Shown here: piece by piece, positions 48,105 through 58,628 of the stretch
Layout of the letters: the number at the start of each line of letters is the position of its first letter
How positions within the stretch are numbered: position 1 is the stretch's first letter
DNA from: Gemmatimonadota bacterium
GTDB lineage: Bacteria > Gemmatimonadota > Gemmatimonadetes > Gemmatimonadales > Gemmatimonadaceae
Length of the DNA: 64,000 nucleotides
Assembly (NCBI GenBank): GCA_040389905.1
Contig: JAZJZK010000007.1
Span: forward strand, 223,492 to 287,491
Direction: 5' to 3'
Translations under genes and position numbers: made by a program
Notes under the pieces: model-generated
Told to the model about the DNA's origin: nothing
Databases searched by the model: none
Seen by the model: only the letters and a program-made list of their open reading frames with translations

Positions 48105-49385
48105 CTACTCGTATCGCAGCGCCACCACTGGGTCCATCTTCGCCGCACGAATCGCCGGCAGCATGCCGAAGACGATTCCTGTGACGGCGCTGATGCCCAG
48201 CGACGCTGCCACCGTGCTCCACGACGTCGTCGCCGGGATCGATGGCCACGCCGTCCGCACGCCGATTGCCACGAGAATGCCGAGTACGAGCCCCACAGAC
48301 GCCCCGATTCCCGTCAGCGTCACCGCCTCGACGAGGAACTGCCAGAGGATCGTCCACTTGGTCGCGCCGAGTGCCTTGCGCACACCGATCTCACGCGTGC
48401 GTTCGGTGACGGAGATCATCATGATCGCAATCACGCCAATACCGCCGACGAGCAGCCCAACGGACGACAGCGCGAGCCCGACAACGAAGAACGTGCCGAA
48501 CAGCTGGTTATAGATCGACCAGAGCCTGTCCTGCGTGACGATGTCGAAGTTGCTCACCTGACTCGGCCGGAGGCCGCGGTGCCCGCGAAGTGTCGCCGTG
48601 ACATCGTCCACCGCTTCCTCGACGGTGACGCCGGTCATCGGCTTCACGATGAGGTTGTTGCCGCGCATGTACAGATTCAGGTGCCGGCGTGCTGCTTCGA
48701 AGGGCACGATCGCCTTGGGCGAGTCCCCCCCACCTGCCGACGTCGGCGTACCCATCGGGCTGGCGGTGTAGTGGTACAGACCAATGACGGAGAATTGCAC
48801 GTCATCCACCATGATGATCTTATCAATGGGGTCGGAGTCACCGAACAGGTTCTGCGCCAGCTTGTCGTTCACGAGGATGACCCGCGCTCCAGCGGCATTC
48901 TCCGATTCGCTGAAGTTCCGGCCCGGATAGATGTCGCCGCCGTCCACTTCCGTCCAGTTGGCGGTGTAGGCCTCCATGCCGGCATTCACAGTCTTGTCCT
49001 TGTACCTGAACTTCGCGCCGGTACCAACATGCGAGGTGACCGCGCGGATATTGGGTAGGCGCTGGATTGCGGCCACTTCTTCGAGCGTAATGGGCGGGTT
49101 GCGGCGCTCGGGGCAGGTCTCGACCGTGCCGTCGCACGAGTTGAATCCACCGATTGGCCTGCGGTAGACGAAGAACGACGTCGGGCCCGCGGCTTCGATG
49201 TCGCGACGGAACGATTCGTTGATGCCCTGCACGACGGATGACATGGCGACGACGACAAACACGCCGAGCGCGACGCCCATGATGGTGAGACCCGCGCGCA
49301 CTTTGTTGGCCCGCAACGCCTCGAGTGCGATGCCGACGCCCTCGAAAATCTGCGTGAACGGCGTCAGGATGGAGCGTATCGACAT
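48105..49385 (-). CDS. MacB/FtsX-type ABC permease (type B, pair 3)
   Basis: NKVRAGLT..G, periplasmic domain, GGIGV..IMMISVTERTREIGVRKALGA, DPV.ALRYE. Confidence 0.93.
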   Translation of the reverse strand: MSIRSILTPFTQIFEGVGIALEALRANKVRAGLTIMGVALGVFVVVAMSSVVQGINESFRRDIEAAGPTSFFVYRRPIGGFNSCDGTVETCPERRNPPITLEEVAAIQRLPNIRAVTSHVGTGAKFRYKDKTVNAGMEAYTANWTEVDGGDIYPGRNFSESENAAGARVILVNDKLAQNLFGDSDPIDKIIMVDDVQFSVIGLYHYTASPMGTPTSAGGGDSPKAIVPFEAARRHLNLYMRGNNLIVKPMTGVTVEEAVDDVTATLRGHRGLRPSQVSNFDIVTQDRLWSIYNQLFGTFFVVGLALSSVGLLVGGIGVIAIMMISVTERTREIGVRKALGATKWTILWQFLVEAVTLTGIGASVGLVLGILVAIGVRTAWPSIPATTSWSTVAASLGISAVTGIVFGMLPAIRAAKMDPVVALRYE

Positions 49386-50623
49386 TATTCCTGCCTCAGC
49401 GCGTCAATAGGATCGAGCGACGCCGCTCGGCGCGCCGGATAGACCCCCGAAACGATTCCGACGACGGTGCCCAGCAGCGTTGCGACGACGAGCGACCACG
49501 GCGCAATTGCTGCGGGCAGTGGCGTATTCATCGCGATGACCTTGGCTCCGAGGATGCCGAGCGCGATCCCAAGAATGGCGCCGAGCGTGCTCAGTGTCGC
49601 CGCTTCCACGAGGAATTGGCGGAGGATGTCCTTTCGCCGCGCACCGAGCGCCTTCCGGATCCCGATCTCGCGCGTCCGCTCGGCAACGGCCACGAGCATG
49701 ATGTTCATGATGACCATGCCGCCCACGACGAGTCCGATGGCAGGAAGTGCCGTGCCGGCGATCGTCATGATCTCCTTGGTCTTCTGGAAGCTGGTGAGTG
49801 CAGACGCCGACGTTTCCATCACGAAGTTGTCCGGAACGGCCGGACGTAGTCCGCGATGGGCGCGCAGCACTTCCCGCACCGTCTCCATCGCATCGTTCAT
49901 CATGAGGTCGTTCGGCGCCTGCACCAGCAGTCCATCGATGTCACCGCGCGGGTTCGTAAGGCGGTGAAGGGGTGAGTTGAAGGGGGCGTACGCCGTCTTG
50001 TCGAGGGACTGGCCAAAGAGGCTGCCCTGATGCTCGATCACGCCGACGACGCTGTACGGAATTCCGCCGATCCGCAGTTCGCGGCCAATGGGGTTCAGTC
50101 CAGCGAAGAAGAACTTCGCGACCTCGTCACCGATGACGACGACCGTCGACCCGAGTTCCGCTTCCTGCTGCGAGAAAATACGGCCGCTGGAGAGGTCGTA
50201 CTTCTTGATCGTGAAGTAGTCGCCCTCGACTGCGTGCGCATCGATCTGCCGCGGGCGAGAGTAGACACTCGTCGCCCAGAGGGTTTCCTGGCTCTCGACA
50301 GCGTAACGCGTGCCGGAGGGCAGGGTGCTGCGAACGAGCGCCACATCCCGGTGAAACACCCGAGGACGCCGCTGCCACTCGCGCCACTCCTCCTCGGTCG
50401 TGTTGTCGCCGAACCAGGGGTAGCGCCGCAGGGTGAAGGTATTCGCCCCAAGCATGCGGCCCATGAAATCCTCTTCGACGTACTTGCTCATGCCCGTGAC
50501 GATCGACACCACGGCGATGAGGAACATCACGCCGATCATCACGCCGAGCAGGGTGAAGAAGCTCTTCAGCTTCTGCACGCGGATCTGCTGGAGCGCGAGC
50601 CAGACGGCCTCTGAGAATGGCAT
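49385..50623 (-). CDS. MacB/FtsX-type ABC permease (type A, pair 3)
   Basis: MPFSEAV..ALQQI.VQKLKSFFTLLG, MNIMLVAVAERTREIGIRKALGA, DPIDALRQE; start placed at 50623 by comparison with paralogs. Confidence 0.93.
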   Translation of the reverse strand: MPFSEAVWLALQQIRVQKLKSFFTLLGVMIGVMFLIAVVSIVTGMSKYVEEDFMGRMLGANTFTLRRYPWFGDNTTEEEWREWQRRPRVFHRDVALVRSTLPSGTRYAVESQETLWATSVYSRPRQIDAHAVEGDYFTIKKYDLSSGRIFSQQEAELGSTVVVIGDEVAKFFFAGLNPIGRELRIGGIPYSVVGVIEHQGSLFGQSLDKTAYAPFNSPLHRLTNPRGDIDGLLVQAPNDLMMNDAMETVREVLRAHRGLRPAVPDNFVMETSASALTSFQKTKEIMTIAGTALPAIGLVVGGMVIMNIMLVAVAERTREIGIRKALGARRKDILRQFLVEAATLSTLGAILGIALGILGAKVIAMNTPLPAAIAPWSLVVATLLGTVVGIVSGVYPARRAASLDPIDALRQE

Positions 50624-50713
50624 TTCCTGGTGGCTGGAGAGAGGTATCCGGGCTATACGGGCGGGGCGGTCGGAAAGTGTCAGCGCGCTGGTTTGGGCGC
50701 GCATCCGCACGGA

Positions 50714-50804
50714 TGCCATCCCGAGCGAAGTCGAGGGATCTGTACCTTCAGTCTGGGGTTTGTGGTGCAGACCCCTCGACTCGCTTCGCTCGCTCGGGGT
50801 GACA
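50714..50804. repeat. REP doublet, inverted relative to 47994-48082
   Basis: tgccatcccgagcgaagtcgagggatct...cccctcgactcgcttcgctcgctcggggtgaca. Confidence 0.9.
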
Positions 50805-50841
50805 GCCGCGGGTGGTTCCACTTGTTTTGTCGCTCTGAGGT

Positions 50842-50971
50842 TGCACCGGAACATTGAACGCGGATTGAGCGAATTGAAGCGGATAAGTTCTGATTGAACA
50901 GCATTCTTGAAGTTGTTCTATCAGGTTTGATCCGCCTAAATCGGCTCAATCCGCGTTCAATGTGCCGGTGC
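50842..50971. mobile_element. MITE-like element, second copy
   Basis: Same termini and related core as 40242-40375; directly follows a truncated REP (50823-50839). Confidence 0.7.
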
Positions 50972-50975
50972 GCCT

Positions 50976-52232
50976 CTATTCGTACCGAAGCGCCGTCACC
51001 GGATCCAGCTTCGCCGCCCGCGCCGCCGGGATCATCCCGAACAACACCCCAGTGAACGCGCTGGTCGCCAGCGCCGCGACGACCGCCAACGGCGGCACGC
51101 TCGCCGCAATCGGCGTCGCGGACTTGATCACGAATGCCATCAGCGCACCCAACGCCAGGCCGATGATCGCGCCGATGCCCGTGAGCGTCACCGCTTCAAC
51201 GAGGAACTGCCAGAGGATCGTGCCCCGCGTCGCCCCCAGCGCCTTCCGTACGCCGATCTCGCGCGTCCGCTCCGTGACGGAGATCATCATGATCGCGATG
51301 ACGCCCACCCCGCCGACGATGAGGCCCACCGCCGACAGCACGACCATCACGAGGAAGAATGCCCCGAAGATTTTGTTGTAAACATCGAACAGCTGGTCCT
51401 GCGTGATGATGGCGAACGTGTTGTCCGAACCCGGCCGCAGTCCGCGCCGAGCGCGCAGCGAAGCGATGACGTCGTCGATCGTCTCCGCGCGTGACGCGCC
51501 TGCGGCTGGAATGACCGCCAGGCCGATGTCGTTCATGCGCGCCTTCAGCACCTTGCGAGCAGACTCGATCGGGATGATGACGCGCCCCTTGTTGCCCCCG
51601 GCGAGAAAGCTCGCCTGGTAGTGATAGATGCCGAGCACCTTGAAGGGCTGGCCCCCCACCTCGATCGTCTTGTCGATCGGATCGGATTCACCGAACAGCT
51701 GCGTGGCGAGCACGTCGTTGATCACGGCCACGCGGTCGCCCGAGGTGGCCTCGTTCGCCGTGAAGTTCCGACCGGGATAGATGTCGCCGCCGCCGTCGAT
51801 TTGCTGCCAGTTTCCGGTGAAGCCGGTGACCTGGATGCCAGTGGGGCGCTTGTCCTTGTACCCGACCGCAACACCCATGTCGAGGCGCGCTCCGGCGGTG
51901 CGGACGGTGGAGAGCCGGTTGAGCGTTTCCATGTCCGAGAGCGTGACCGGCGGATTGCGCAGCCATTTGCACGTCGCGTCGGTGCCGTCGCACGCCTCGA
52001 AGGTGATGGGATAGCGCGAGACGAAGAACGTCGTCGGTCCCGTGCTCTCGAAATCCTTCGCGACGCTGTCGTTGATACCGTGGATGGCCGCGGAGATGAC
52101 CACGACCACGAACACGCCGACGGCGATACCGAGGATCGTGAGGCCTGCGCGGACTTTGTTCGCACGAATCGAGTCGAGGGCGATGGTCACGCCTTCGCGA
52201 ATCGTATGCATGCGCTGTGAGAAGGTCGCCAT
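50976..52232 (-). CDS. MacB/FtsX-type ABC permease (type B, pair 2)
   Basis: Same motifs as the other type B permeases; CDGTDATC in the periplasmic domain. Confidence 0.93.
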   Translation of the reverse strand: MATFSQRMHTIREGVTIALDSIRANKVRAGLTILGIAVGVFVVVVISAAIHGINDSVAKDFESTGPTTFFVSRYPITFEACDGTDATCKWLRNPPVTLSDMETLNRLSTVRTAGARLDMGVAVGYKDKRPTGIQVTGFTGNWQQIDGGGDIYPGRNFTANEATSGDRVAVINDVLATQLFGESDPIDKTIEVGGQPFKVLGIYHYQASFLAGGNKGRVIIPIESARKVLKARMNDIGLAVIPAAGASRAETIDDVIASLRARRGLRPGSDNTFAIITQDQLFDVYNKIFGAFFLVMVVLSAVGLIVGGVGVIAIMMISVTERTREIGVRKALGATRGTILWQFLVEAVTLTGIGAIIGLALGALMAFVIKSATPIAASVPPLAVVAALATSAFTGVLFGMIPAARAAKLDPVTALRYE

Positions 52233-52235
52233 GAG

Positions 52236-53480
52236 CTACTCCTGCCTCAGCGCGTCGATGGGATCGAGCCGCGATGCGCGGCTCGCCGGATAGACGCCCG
52301 CGATGATGCCGACGCCGGCACCAATCGAGATGCCCACCACCACGGACCAGAGCTCGACCGCCGCCGGTAATGGTGTCACCGCCGCGATCAGTTGGGCGAA
52401 GGCGAAGCCCGTGGCGACGCCGAGGGCCGCACCCACGGTGCTCAGCGTCGCGCTTTCCACGAGGAACTGCGACATGATGTCCCGCCGCTTCGCACCGAGC
52501 GCCTTGCGGATACCGATTTCGCGCGTGCGCTCGGCGACGGCCACCAGCATGATGTTCATGATCACGATTGCTCCGACGACCAACCCGATGGCCGGCAGCG
52601 CCACGCCCGCCATCACCAGGTAGCCCTTGATCTTGTTCCAGAACTCGAGCGCCGACTCCGACGTCTCCAGCTCGAAATTGTCTTTCTGGTTCGGTCGCAG
52701 GCCATGCCGCGCCCGCATCACCTGTCGCACCGACTCCATCGCCTCGAGCATCCCCTCTCGGCTCGGCGTCTGGAACATCACAGCGTCGATGACACCGTGG
52801 GCGTTCACGTATCGATTCAGCGGCGACTTGTGTGGCGCGATGATGAACTTGTCGAAGGAGAGTCCGAACGCGCTCCCCTGCTTTTCCATCAGCCCGACGA
52901 CCGTATACGGAATACCTCGAATCGTGAGCTCGCGGTTGACTGGATCGAGGGCAGGGAAGAAGTAGTCGGCAACGTCCTGCCCGATGACGATCACGTTCAT
53001 CCCGCGCTCGTATTCCTGCGGCGAAAACAGCCGGCCACTTACCGGTGCCATTCGCTTGATGTTGAAATAGTCTTCCGTGACGGTATACGTCTGCACCTGC
53101 TGTGGCTTCGCCACGTAGCGCGACTGCGCACTCAGGTTGTCATTGCCGAGGACTGCCCAGTGCACGCCTTCGGGCAAGGCGTCGACGACGGGCTGCACAT
53201 CGCTATCCTTGATGCGCGGCCGGCGGCGCATCTGACGGAAATAGTCGTCGTCGTGATCGCCGATGTTGATGTTCGGGCGGTATCGGAGCTCGAACGAGTT
53301 GATCGCCATGATCTTGCCGACGAGCTGGTCGGTCATGTAGCGGCTCATGCCGCCGACGATTGAGACAACGGCGATCAGAAATGTGACACCGATCATCACG
53401 CCCAGGAGGGTGAAGAAGCTCTTGAGCTTCTGGACCCAGATCTGCTGGAGCGCGAGGCGAATTGCGTCGAAAAACGGCAT
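52236..53480 (-). CDS. MacB/FtsX-type ABC permease (type A, pair 2)
   Basis: Same motifs as the other type A permeases. Confidence 0.93.
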   Translation of the reverse strand: MPFFDAIRLALQQIWVQKLKSFFTLLGVMIGVTFLIAVVSIVGGMSRYMTDQLVGKIMAINSFELRYRPNINIGDHDDDYFRQMRRRPRIKDSDVQPVVDALPEGVHWAVLGNDNLSAQSRYVAKPQQVQTYTVTEDYFNIKRMAPVSGRLFSPQEYERGMNVIVIGQDVADYFFPALDPVNRELTIRGIPYTVVGLMEKQGSAFGLSFDKFIIAPHKSPLNRYVNAHGVIDAVMFQTPSREGMLEAMESVRQVMRARHGLRPNQKDNFELETSESALEFWNKIKGYLVMAGVALPAIGLVVGAIVIMNIMLVAVAERTREIGIRKALGAKRRDIMSQFLVESATLSTVGAALGVATGFAFAQLIAAVTPLPAAVELWSVVVGISIGAGVGIIAGVYPASRASRLDPIDALRQE

Positions 53481-53556
53481 GGTCGTGTTGGAGTTGCGGT
53501 ACAGCGGGACCTACGCGTTGCGTCCGGTAGAAGTGTCAGTCGGACACTTGCTCGAG

Positions 53557-53680
53557 GTTACGTAGTCATTCACGTCCTTTTTCACGGGGCTTTTCACGTC
53601 GTTATTCACGTGGCTCGTAAGTGCCGTGAATACAAACGTGAAAAGAAACGTGAAAAAGAACGTGAAAACAAACGTGTAAC
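53557..53680. repeat. Inverted 12-mer tandem arms (TTTTCACG..)n...(ACGTGAAAA..)n
   Basis: ttcacg four times at 12-13 nt spacing, then cgtgaa four times at 12-nt spacing. Confidence 0.85.
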
Positions 53681-53731
53681 GGCGTGGCTACGAACCGCGG
53701 TGGGGTCGGAGTCGTTGAAAAATGACGAACC

Positions 53732-54988
53732 CTACTCGTACCGCAGCGCGGCCACCGGGTCCAGCTTCGCCGCCTTGGCTGCCGGCAACATCCCGAACAA
53801 CACCCCGGTGAACGCCGAAGACAGCAGCGCCGCCAGCACTGCCATCGGCGGCACACTCGCCGCAACGGGCGTCATGGACTTGATCGCGAACGCCATCACC
53901 GCACCGAAGAAGAGTCCAATCACCGCCCCGATTCCCGTGAGCGTGACTGCCTCGACGAGAAACTGCCACAGAATGGTGCTGCGCGTCGCTCCGAGCGCCT
54001 TCCGAACCCCGATTTCCCGCGTGCGTTCCGTGACCGAGATCATCATGATGGCGATAACGCCGACGCCGCCGACGATCAGACCAACGCCCGAGAGCACCAC
54101 CATGACCAGGAAGAACGCGCCGAAGACCTTGTTGTAGATCTCGAACAACTGGTCTTGCGTGATGATCGCGAAGTCATTGTCGGCCGCCGGCCGCAGTCCG
54201 TGCCTGCCGCGCATCAACGCGATCACATCATCGATCGCATCTGCACGAGTGGACCCCGTGGCGGGAATGACCGACACACCCATCTGGTCGTAGTCCTGAC
54301 CGAGGTGTTTCTTCGCTGCCTCGATCGCGATGATGCCTTTGGGGCTATCACCGCCGCCGAGGAAGCTTGCCTTGTAGTGATAAACGCCGATCACCTTGAA
54401 GGGCTCGCTGCCAATGTTCACCGTCTTGTCGATCGGATCGGATTCACCGAACAACTGCTTCGCCAGTTCCTCGTTGACGATCACCACGCGGTCGCCGGCG
54501 TTCGCTTCCGCCTGCGTGAAGTTGCGCCCGGGATAAAGATCGCCGCCGCCGTCGATCTGCTGCCAGTTACCCGTGTAGCCGTCGATCGAAACGCCAGTGA
54601 CCCGCTTGTCCCGGTAGGATGCGTTGCGCGATGTCTGAATCTGTGCGCCAGCCGTTCGCACCGATGACAAATCGGCGATCGCCTCGACGTCAGCGAGCTT
54701 CAACGGCGGATTTCGCCGGTACTTGCACGTATTCTCGGTGCCGTCACACGCTTCGAAGCTGATCGGAAAACGCGAGACGAAGAAGGTCGTCGGCCCTGCG
54801 CTCTCGAAGTCCTTGGCGACGCTCTCGTTGATGCCGTGAATCGCGGCGGAGATGACGACGACGACGAACACGCCGACCGCGATCCCAAGGATGGTGAGAC
54901 TTGCGCGCACCTTGTTGGCGCGGATGGAGTCGAGGGCAATCGACACGCCCTCGCGGATCGTGTGCGTGCGCTCTGAAAACGTGGCCAT
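53732..54988 (-). CDS. MacB/FtsX-type ABC permease (type B, pair 1)
   Basis: Same motifs; CDGTENTC. Confidence 0.93.
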   Translation of the reverse strand: MATFSERTHTIREGVSIALDSIRANKVRASLTILGIAVGVFVVVVISAAIHGINESVAKDFESAGPTTFFVSRFPISFEACDGTENTCKYRRNPPLKLADVEAIADLSSVRTAGAQIQTSRNASYRDKRVTGVSIDGYTGNWQQIDGGGDLYPGRNFTQAEANAGDRVVIVNEELAKQLFGESDPIDKTVNIGSEPFKVIGVYHYKASFLGGGDSPKGIIAIEAAKKHLGQDYDQMGVSVIPATGSTRADAIDDVIALMRGRHGLRPAADNDFAIITQDQLFEIYNKVFGAFFLVMVVLSGVGLIVGGVGVIAIMMISVTERTREIGVRKALGATRSTILWQFLVEAVTLTGIGAVIGLFFGAVMAFAIKSMTPVAASVPPMAVLAALLSSAFTGVLFGMLPAAKAAKLDPVAALRYE

Positions 54989-54991
54989 GGT

Positions 54992-56236
54992 CTACTCCTG
55001 CCTCAATGCATCGATGGGATCCAGCCGAGACGCGCGACTCGCTGGATACACGCCAGCGATGATCCCAACGCCGGCACCGATCGAGATGCCGACGACCACC
55101 GACCAGATTTCAACCGCGGCCGGAAGTGGACTCACGAGGGAAATAATCTTCGCGAAGGCAAAGCCCGTCGCCACGCCGAGTGCCGCGCCGACGGTGCTCA
55201 GCGTCGCACTCTCGACGAGAAACTGCGACATGATGTCGCGGCGCTTCGCACCGAGTGCCTTCCGGATGCCGATTTCGCGCGTGCGCTCCGCGACAGCGAC
55301 GAGCATGATGTTCATGATGACGATCGCGCCGACGACCAACCCGATCGCGGGTAGGGCCACGCCCGCCATGACGAGATAGCCCTTGATCTTGTTCCAGAAT
55401 TCCAGCGCGGAATCGGACGTCTGGAGCTCGAAGTTGTCTTTCTGGTTGGGCCGCAGTTGGTGTCGAATGCGCATGACCTCGCGCACCTTGTCCATCGTCG
55501 TGATCAGCTCACCGCTACTCGGCGTCTGGATGATGATCGAGTTGATGACGCCGTGCAGGTTGACGAGGCGGTTCAGCGGAGAGGTGTGGGGCGCGATGAT
55601 GAATTGGTCGAACGACTGGCCGAATGCGCTGCCCTGCGTTTCCATCACGCCGACGACCGTGTAGGGAATGCCCTTGACGATCAATTCGCGGCCGATCGGG
55701 TCGAGTCCGGCGAAGTAGTGCTTCGCGACGTCCTGCCCGACGACGATGGAGTTCGTGCCGTGCGCGAACTCCTGCGGGCTGAAAAGGCGGCCAGACACGG
55801 GCGCCATGCGCTTGATGTCGAAGTAGTCGCTGGTCACGGTAAAAACCCGCACCGCCTTGGGCTTGAGCTGGTATTTCGACTCAGCCATCTGGCTGCCGAT
55901 ACCCACGGCCGCCCAGCGCACGTCCTTCGGCAGCACGGCGACCACGGGCTCGATGTCCGATTCCAAGATGCGCGGACGCCGCCGCACCTCGCGCTGATGT
56001 TCCTCGGAGTTATCGCCGATGTTGATGCTCGGCCGCTGGCGCAGCTCGAACGAGTTGATCGCCATGATCTTCCCAACGAGCTCGTCGCTCATGTAGCGGT
56101 TCATCCCGCCAACGATCGAGACGACGGCGATGAGGAACGTGACGCCGATCATGACGCCGAGGAGGGTGAAGAAGCTCTTGAGCTTCTGGACCCAGATCGT
56201 CTGGAGGGCAAGGCGGACGGCTTCTATGAACGGCAT
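54992..56236 (-). CDS. MacB/FtsX-type ABC permease (type A, pair 1)
   Basis: Same motifs. Confidence 0.93.
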   Translation of the reverse strand: MPFIEAVRLALQTIWVQKLKSFFTLLGVMIGVTFLIAVVSIVGGMNRYMSDELVGKIMAINSFELRQRPSINIGDNSEEHQREVRRRPRILESDIEPVVAVLPKDVRWAAVGIGSQMAESKYQLKPKAVRVFTVTSDYFDIKRMAPVSGRLFSPQEFAHGTNSIVVGQDVAKHYFAGLDPIGRELIVKGIPYTVVGVMETQGSAFGQSFDQFIIAPHTSPLNRLVNLHGVINSIIIQTPSSGELITTMDKVREVMRIRHQLRPNQKDNFELQTSDSALEFWNKIKGYLVMAGVALPAIGLVVGAIVIMNIMLVAVAERTREIGIRKALGAKRRDIMSQFLVESATLSTVGAALGVATGFAFAKIISLVSPLPAAVEIWSVVVGISIGAGVGIIAGVYPASRASRLDPIDALRQE

Positions 56237-56254
56237 TGTCTAAGCGACTGGGGA

Positions 56255-56503
56255 TAGGAGCTAGGTGCTAGGTGCTAGGTGCTAGGAGCTAGGTGCTAGG
56301 TGCAAAGGGACAGCCGCTCGTTTTGTCGCCCTGAGCGTAGCGAAGGGCCTGCACCTCACGCCGTGGAACTGCACGTGCAGATCCCTCGACTTCGCTCGGG
56401 ATGACATCCAGTCTGTATGCTACCTGAATGACGAACGAGCCGCGCTGAAAGTCAGCGCGGCTCGCAGTTTTTCCTAGCCCCTAACTCCTAGCGCCTAGCC
56501 CCT
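56255..56503. repeat. Composite repeat: (TAGGTGC)n...(CCTAGCC)n heptamer arms enclosing two REP units (56319-56356, 56375-56406) and a 13-bp hairpin
   Basis: Directly visible. Confidence 0.88.
56436..56464. terminator. Strong hairpin, possible terminator/attenuator after the ABC ATPase gene
   Basis: cgagccgcgctga-aag-tcagcgcggctcg; only a weak U-tail on the - strand. Confidence 0.55.
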
Positions 56504-56513
56504 GAAAAACTAC

Positions 56514-57326
56514 TTACTTCAAGACCGGAGCCGGGATTCCCAGCTTCTCCACGAACGTCGACCGGCGATCATCAGAAGAAACCAAGCCGTCCCGGAGCAC
56601 GACGATACGCCGCGCGTGCGCTGCGATGTCGGGCTCGTGCGTGACCATGATGACCGTCTGGCCCTGATCCGCCAGGTTTTCGAACACACGCATGATTTCC
56701 TCGGACGTCGTCGAGTCGAGGTTACCAGTCGGTTCGTCAGCGAGCAGGATGGAGGGGTTGTTCACGAGCGCCCGTGCGATGGCAACGCGCTGGCGCTGAC
56801 CGCCGGACAACTCGTTCGGACGGTGATCCATGCGCTTGTCGAGCTGGACGCGCGTGAGCGCTTCCGCGGCGCGACGCTTGCGCTCGTCGGCCGGGACGCC
56901 GGCGTAGACCAGCGGAAGCTCCACGTTGTGCAGCGCGGTTGCGCGGGGAAGCAGGTTGAACGTCTGGAAGACGAAGCCGATTTCCTTGTTGCGGACGCGG
57001 GCGAGCTCGTCGTCGCTCATCTTCGAGACTTCCTTGCCATTGAGCCAGTATTCGCCGGCGTTCGGCGTGTCCAGACAGCCGATGACGTTCATCAGCGTGG
57101 ACTTGCCGGAGCCGGACGGGCCCATGATGGCGACGTATTCGTTGCGCATGATCGCGAGGTCGACCCCGCGCAGCGCGCGGACGACTTCGCCACCCATGTC
57201 GTACTCACGCTTGATGCCACGGGTGACGATGACCCAATCCTTGCCCGGCATCGCGCCCGGAACCGAGACCACCGCCTGCCGCTCGGCCGTCATGCCAAGC
57301 GGCGCTTCTACTGTGTCGTTGCTCAC
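56514..57326 (-). CDS. ABC transporter ATP-binding protein (MacB/LolD family)
   Basis: [46 protein letters not shown]. Confidence 0.96.
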   Translation of the reverse strand: MSNDTVEAPLGMTAERQAVVSVPGAMPGKDWVIVTRGIKREYDMGGEVVRALRGVDLAIMRNEYVAIMGPSGSGKSTLMNVIGCLDTPNAGEYWLNGKEVSKMSDDELARVRNKEIGFVFQTFNLLPRATALHNVELPLVYAGVPADERKRRAAEALTRVQLDKRMDHRPNELSGGQRQRVAIARALVNNPSILLADEPTGNLDSTTSEEIMRVFENLADQGQTVIMVTHEPDIAAHARRIVVLRDGLVSSDDRRSTFVEKLGIPAPVLK

Positions 57327-58606
57327 GTTTTTGCTGCCGTCGCCGGCTTCTTGGGGTCGACCTTCGGTTCGCGAACGAGCGCACCGTCCTTCAGCTCGCG
57401 GATTGCCTGGTACGTGCCAGCCACGATCTTGTCACCAGCCTTCAGGCCGTTGATGACTTCGAAGTGCTTCTCACCAGCAATCCCTACCTTTACGGGCCGG
57501 AAGGTCACTTTGTTGTCCGTGCCCACTACAAAGACACCTTCAACGTCTTTCTTGCCGACTTCCTTCTTCGGTTTGGCCTTTCCGAGCCCGACCGCGGTAT
57601 CACCCTTGGTCAGGGCCTCGTTCTCACGAACGGTCAGCGCGATGATCGGGATCGAGAGCGCCTGCTTCCGGGTGTCCGTGATGATCTTCGCCGTGGCGGA
57701 GAAGTCCGGACGCGTCTCGGCCGGCGTGTTCACGAGCTGGATGGTGACTTCGTAGTCCACCGCCTGATCGGTCCCGGTCGCCGTCGCGCCCTTGACCGCG
57801 CTGTTCGAGATCTTGGTCACCTTGCCGATGAAGGTCGTATCGGGGAAGGCATCGATCTGGATGACCGCGGAGTCGCCAATCGTGATGCGTGCGACATCCG
57901 TTTCGTCAACCTTGACCTTGGTCTCCAGCACGCTCATGTCGGCGATCGTGAGCAGCGTGGCGGCGTCCTTGTTCATCGTGCCCTGGATTGCCGTTTCGCC
58001 ATTCTCGACGACAAGGCGCGTCACGCGGCCCGACATTGGCGCGTAAATGGACGTCTTGCCAAGAGCGCTCTGAGCGTCGCGGAGCAGCGCGGTCGACTGG
58101 TCGACCTGGTGCTTCGCCGCATCGAACTGTGCCTTGTTCACTTCCACCGCCGTGCGGAGCTGTTCCATCTGCTCTTCAGCGATGAGCTGCGGGTTGGTCT
58201 TCTTGATCTTCGCGGTGCGGTCCAGACTGTTCTGCGCCTGGAGCAGATTGGCGTTCGCCTGCGCCATCTGCGCCTTGGACGACGCGACGGACGCTTCCAT
58301 GCGTTCCACCGCCGCCTGCGCCTGCTGCGCATCGATCTGGAGCAGGAACTGGCCCTTGGTGACCATCTGGCCTTCCTTCACTGCCAGCCTGACAATTTTG
58401 CCGGTGATGTCGGAGCTGAGGTCGACCTTGGTCTGCGGGCGGACCTGGCCGCTGGCGGTGACCGAGGCGATCAGATCGCGGGCCTGGACCAGTTCCGTGC
58501 GCACTTCAACGGCCTTGTTGCCGCGCTTCGCGGCAGTCAGGGCAGCGATGGCGCCGAGCACCACGATCACCCCGCCAAACACGCCAAACTTCACTTTCTT
58601 GCTCAT
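57323..58606 (-). CDS. Efflux periplasmic adaptor (MacA-like MFP)
   Basis: N-terminal anchor, ASGQVRP, V..GQ.V.KGQ.L, coiled coil, IYAPMSG.V, VDETDV. Confidence 0.93.
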   Translation of the reverse strand: MSKKVKFGVFGGVIVVLGAIAALTAAKRGNKAVEVRTELVQARDLIASVTASGQVRPQTKVDLSSDITGKIVRLAVKEGQMVTKGQFLLQIDAQQAQAAVERMEASVASSKAQMAQANANLLQAQNSLDRTAKIKKTNPQLIAEEQMEQLRTAVEVNKAQFDAAKHQVDQSTALLRDAQSALGKTSIYAPMSGRVTRLVVENGETAIQGTMNKDAATLLTIADMSVLETKVKVDETDVARITIGDSAVIQIDAFPDTTFIGKVTKISNSAVKGATATGTDQAVDYEVTIQLVNTPAETRPDFSATAKIITDTRKQALSIPIIALTVRENEALTKGDTAVGLGKAKPKKEVGKKDVEGVFVVGTDNKVTFRPVKVGIAGEKHFEVINGLKAGDKIVAGTYQAIRELKDGALVREPKVDPKKPATAAKT

Positions 58607-58628
58607 ATGATTATCTCGGTGGGGAGAA

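Noticed and set aside
50624..50854. 76-aa N-terminal extension of the permease in the ORF track
   Set aside because: It is translated REP sequence; paralogs start at MPF, matching the ATG at 50623.
48105..56236. Diversity-generating retroelement or shufflon behind the permease variation
   Set aside because: No reverse transcriptase or recombinase in the window; differences are spread across synonymous sites and are not adenine-specific.
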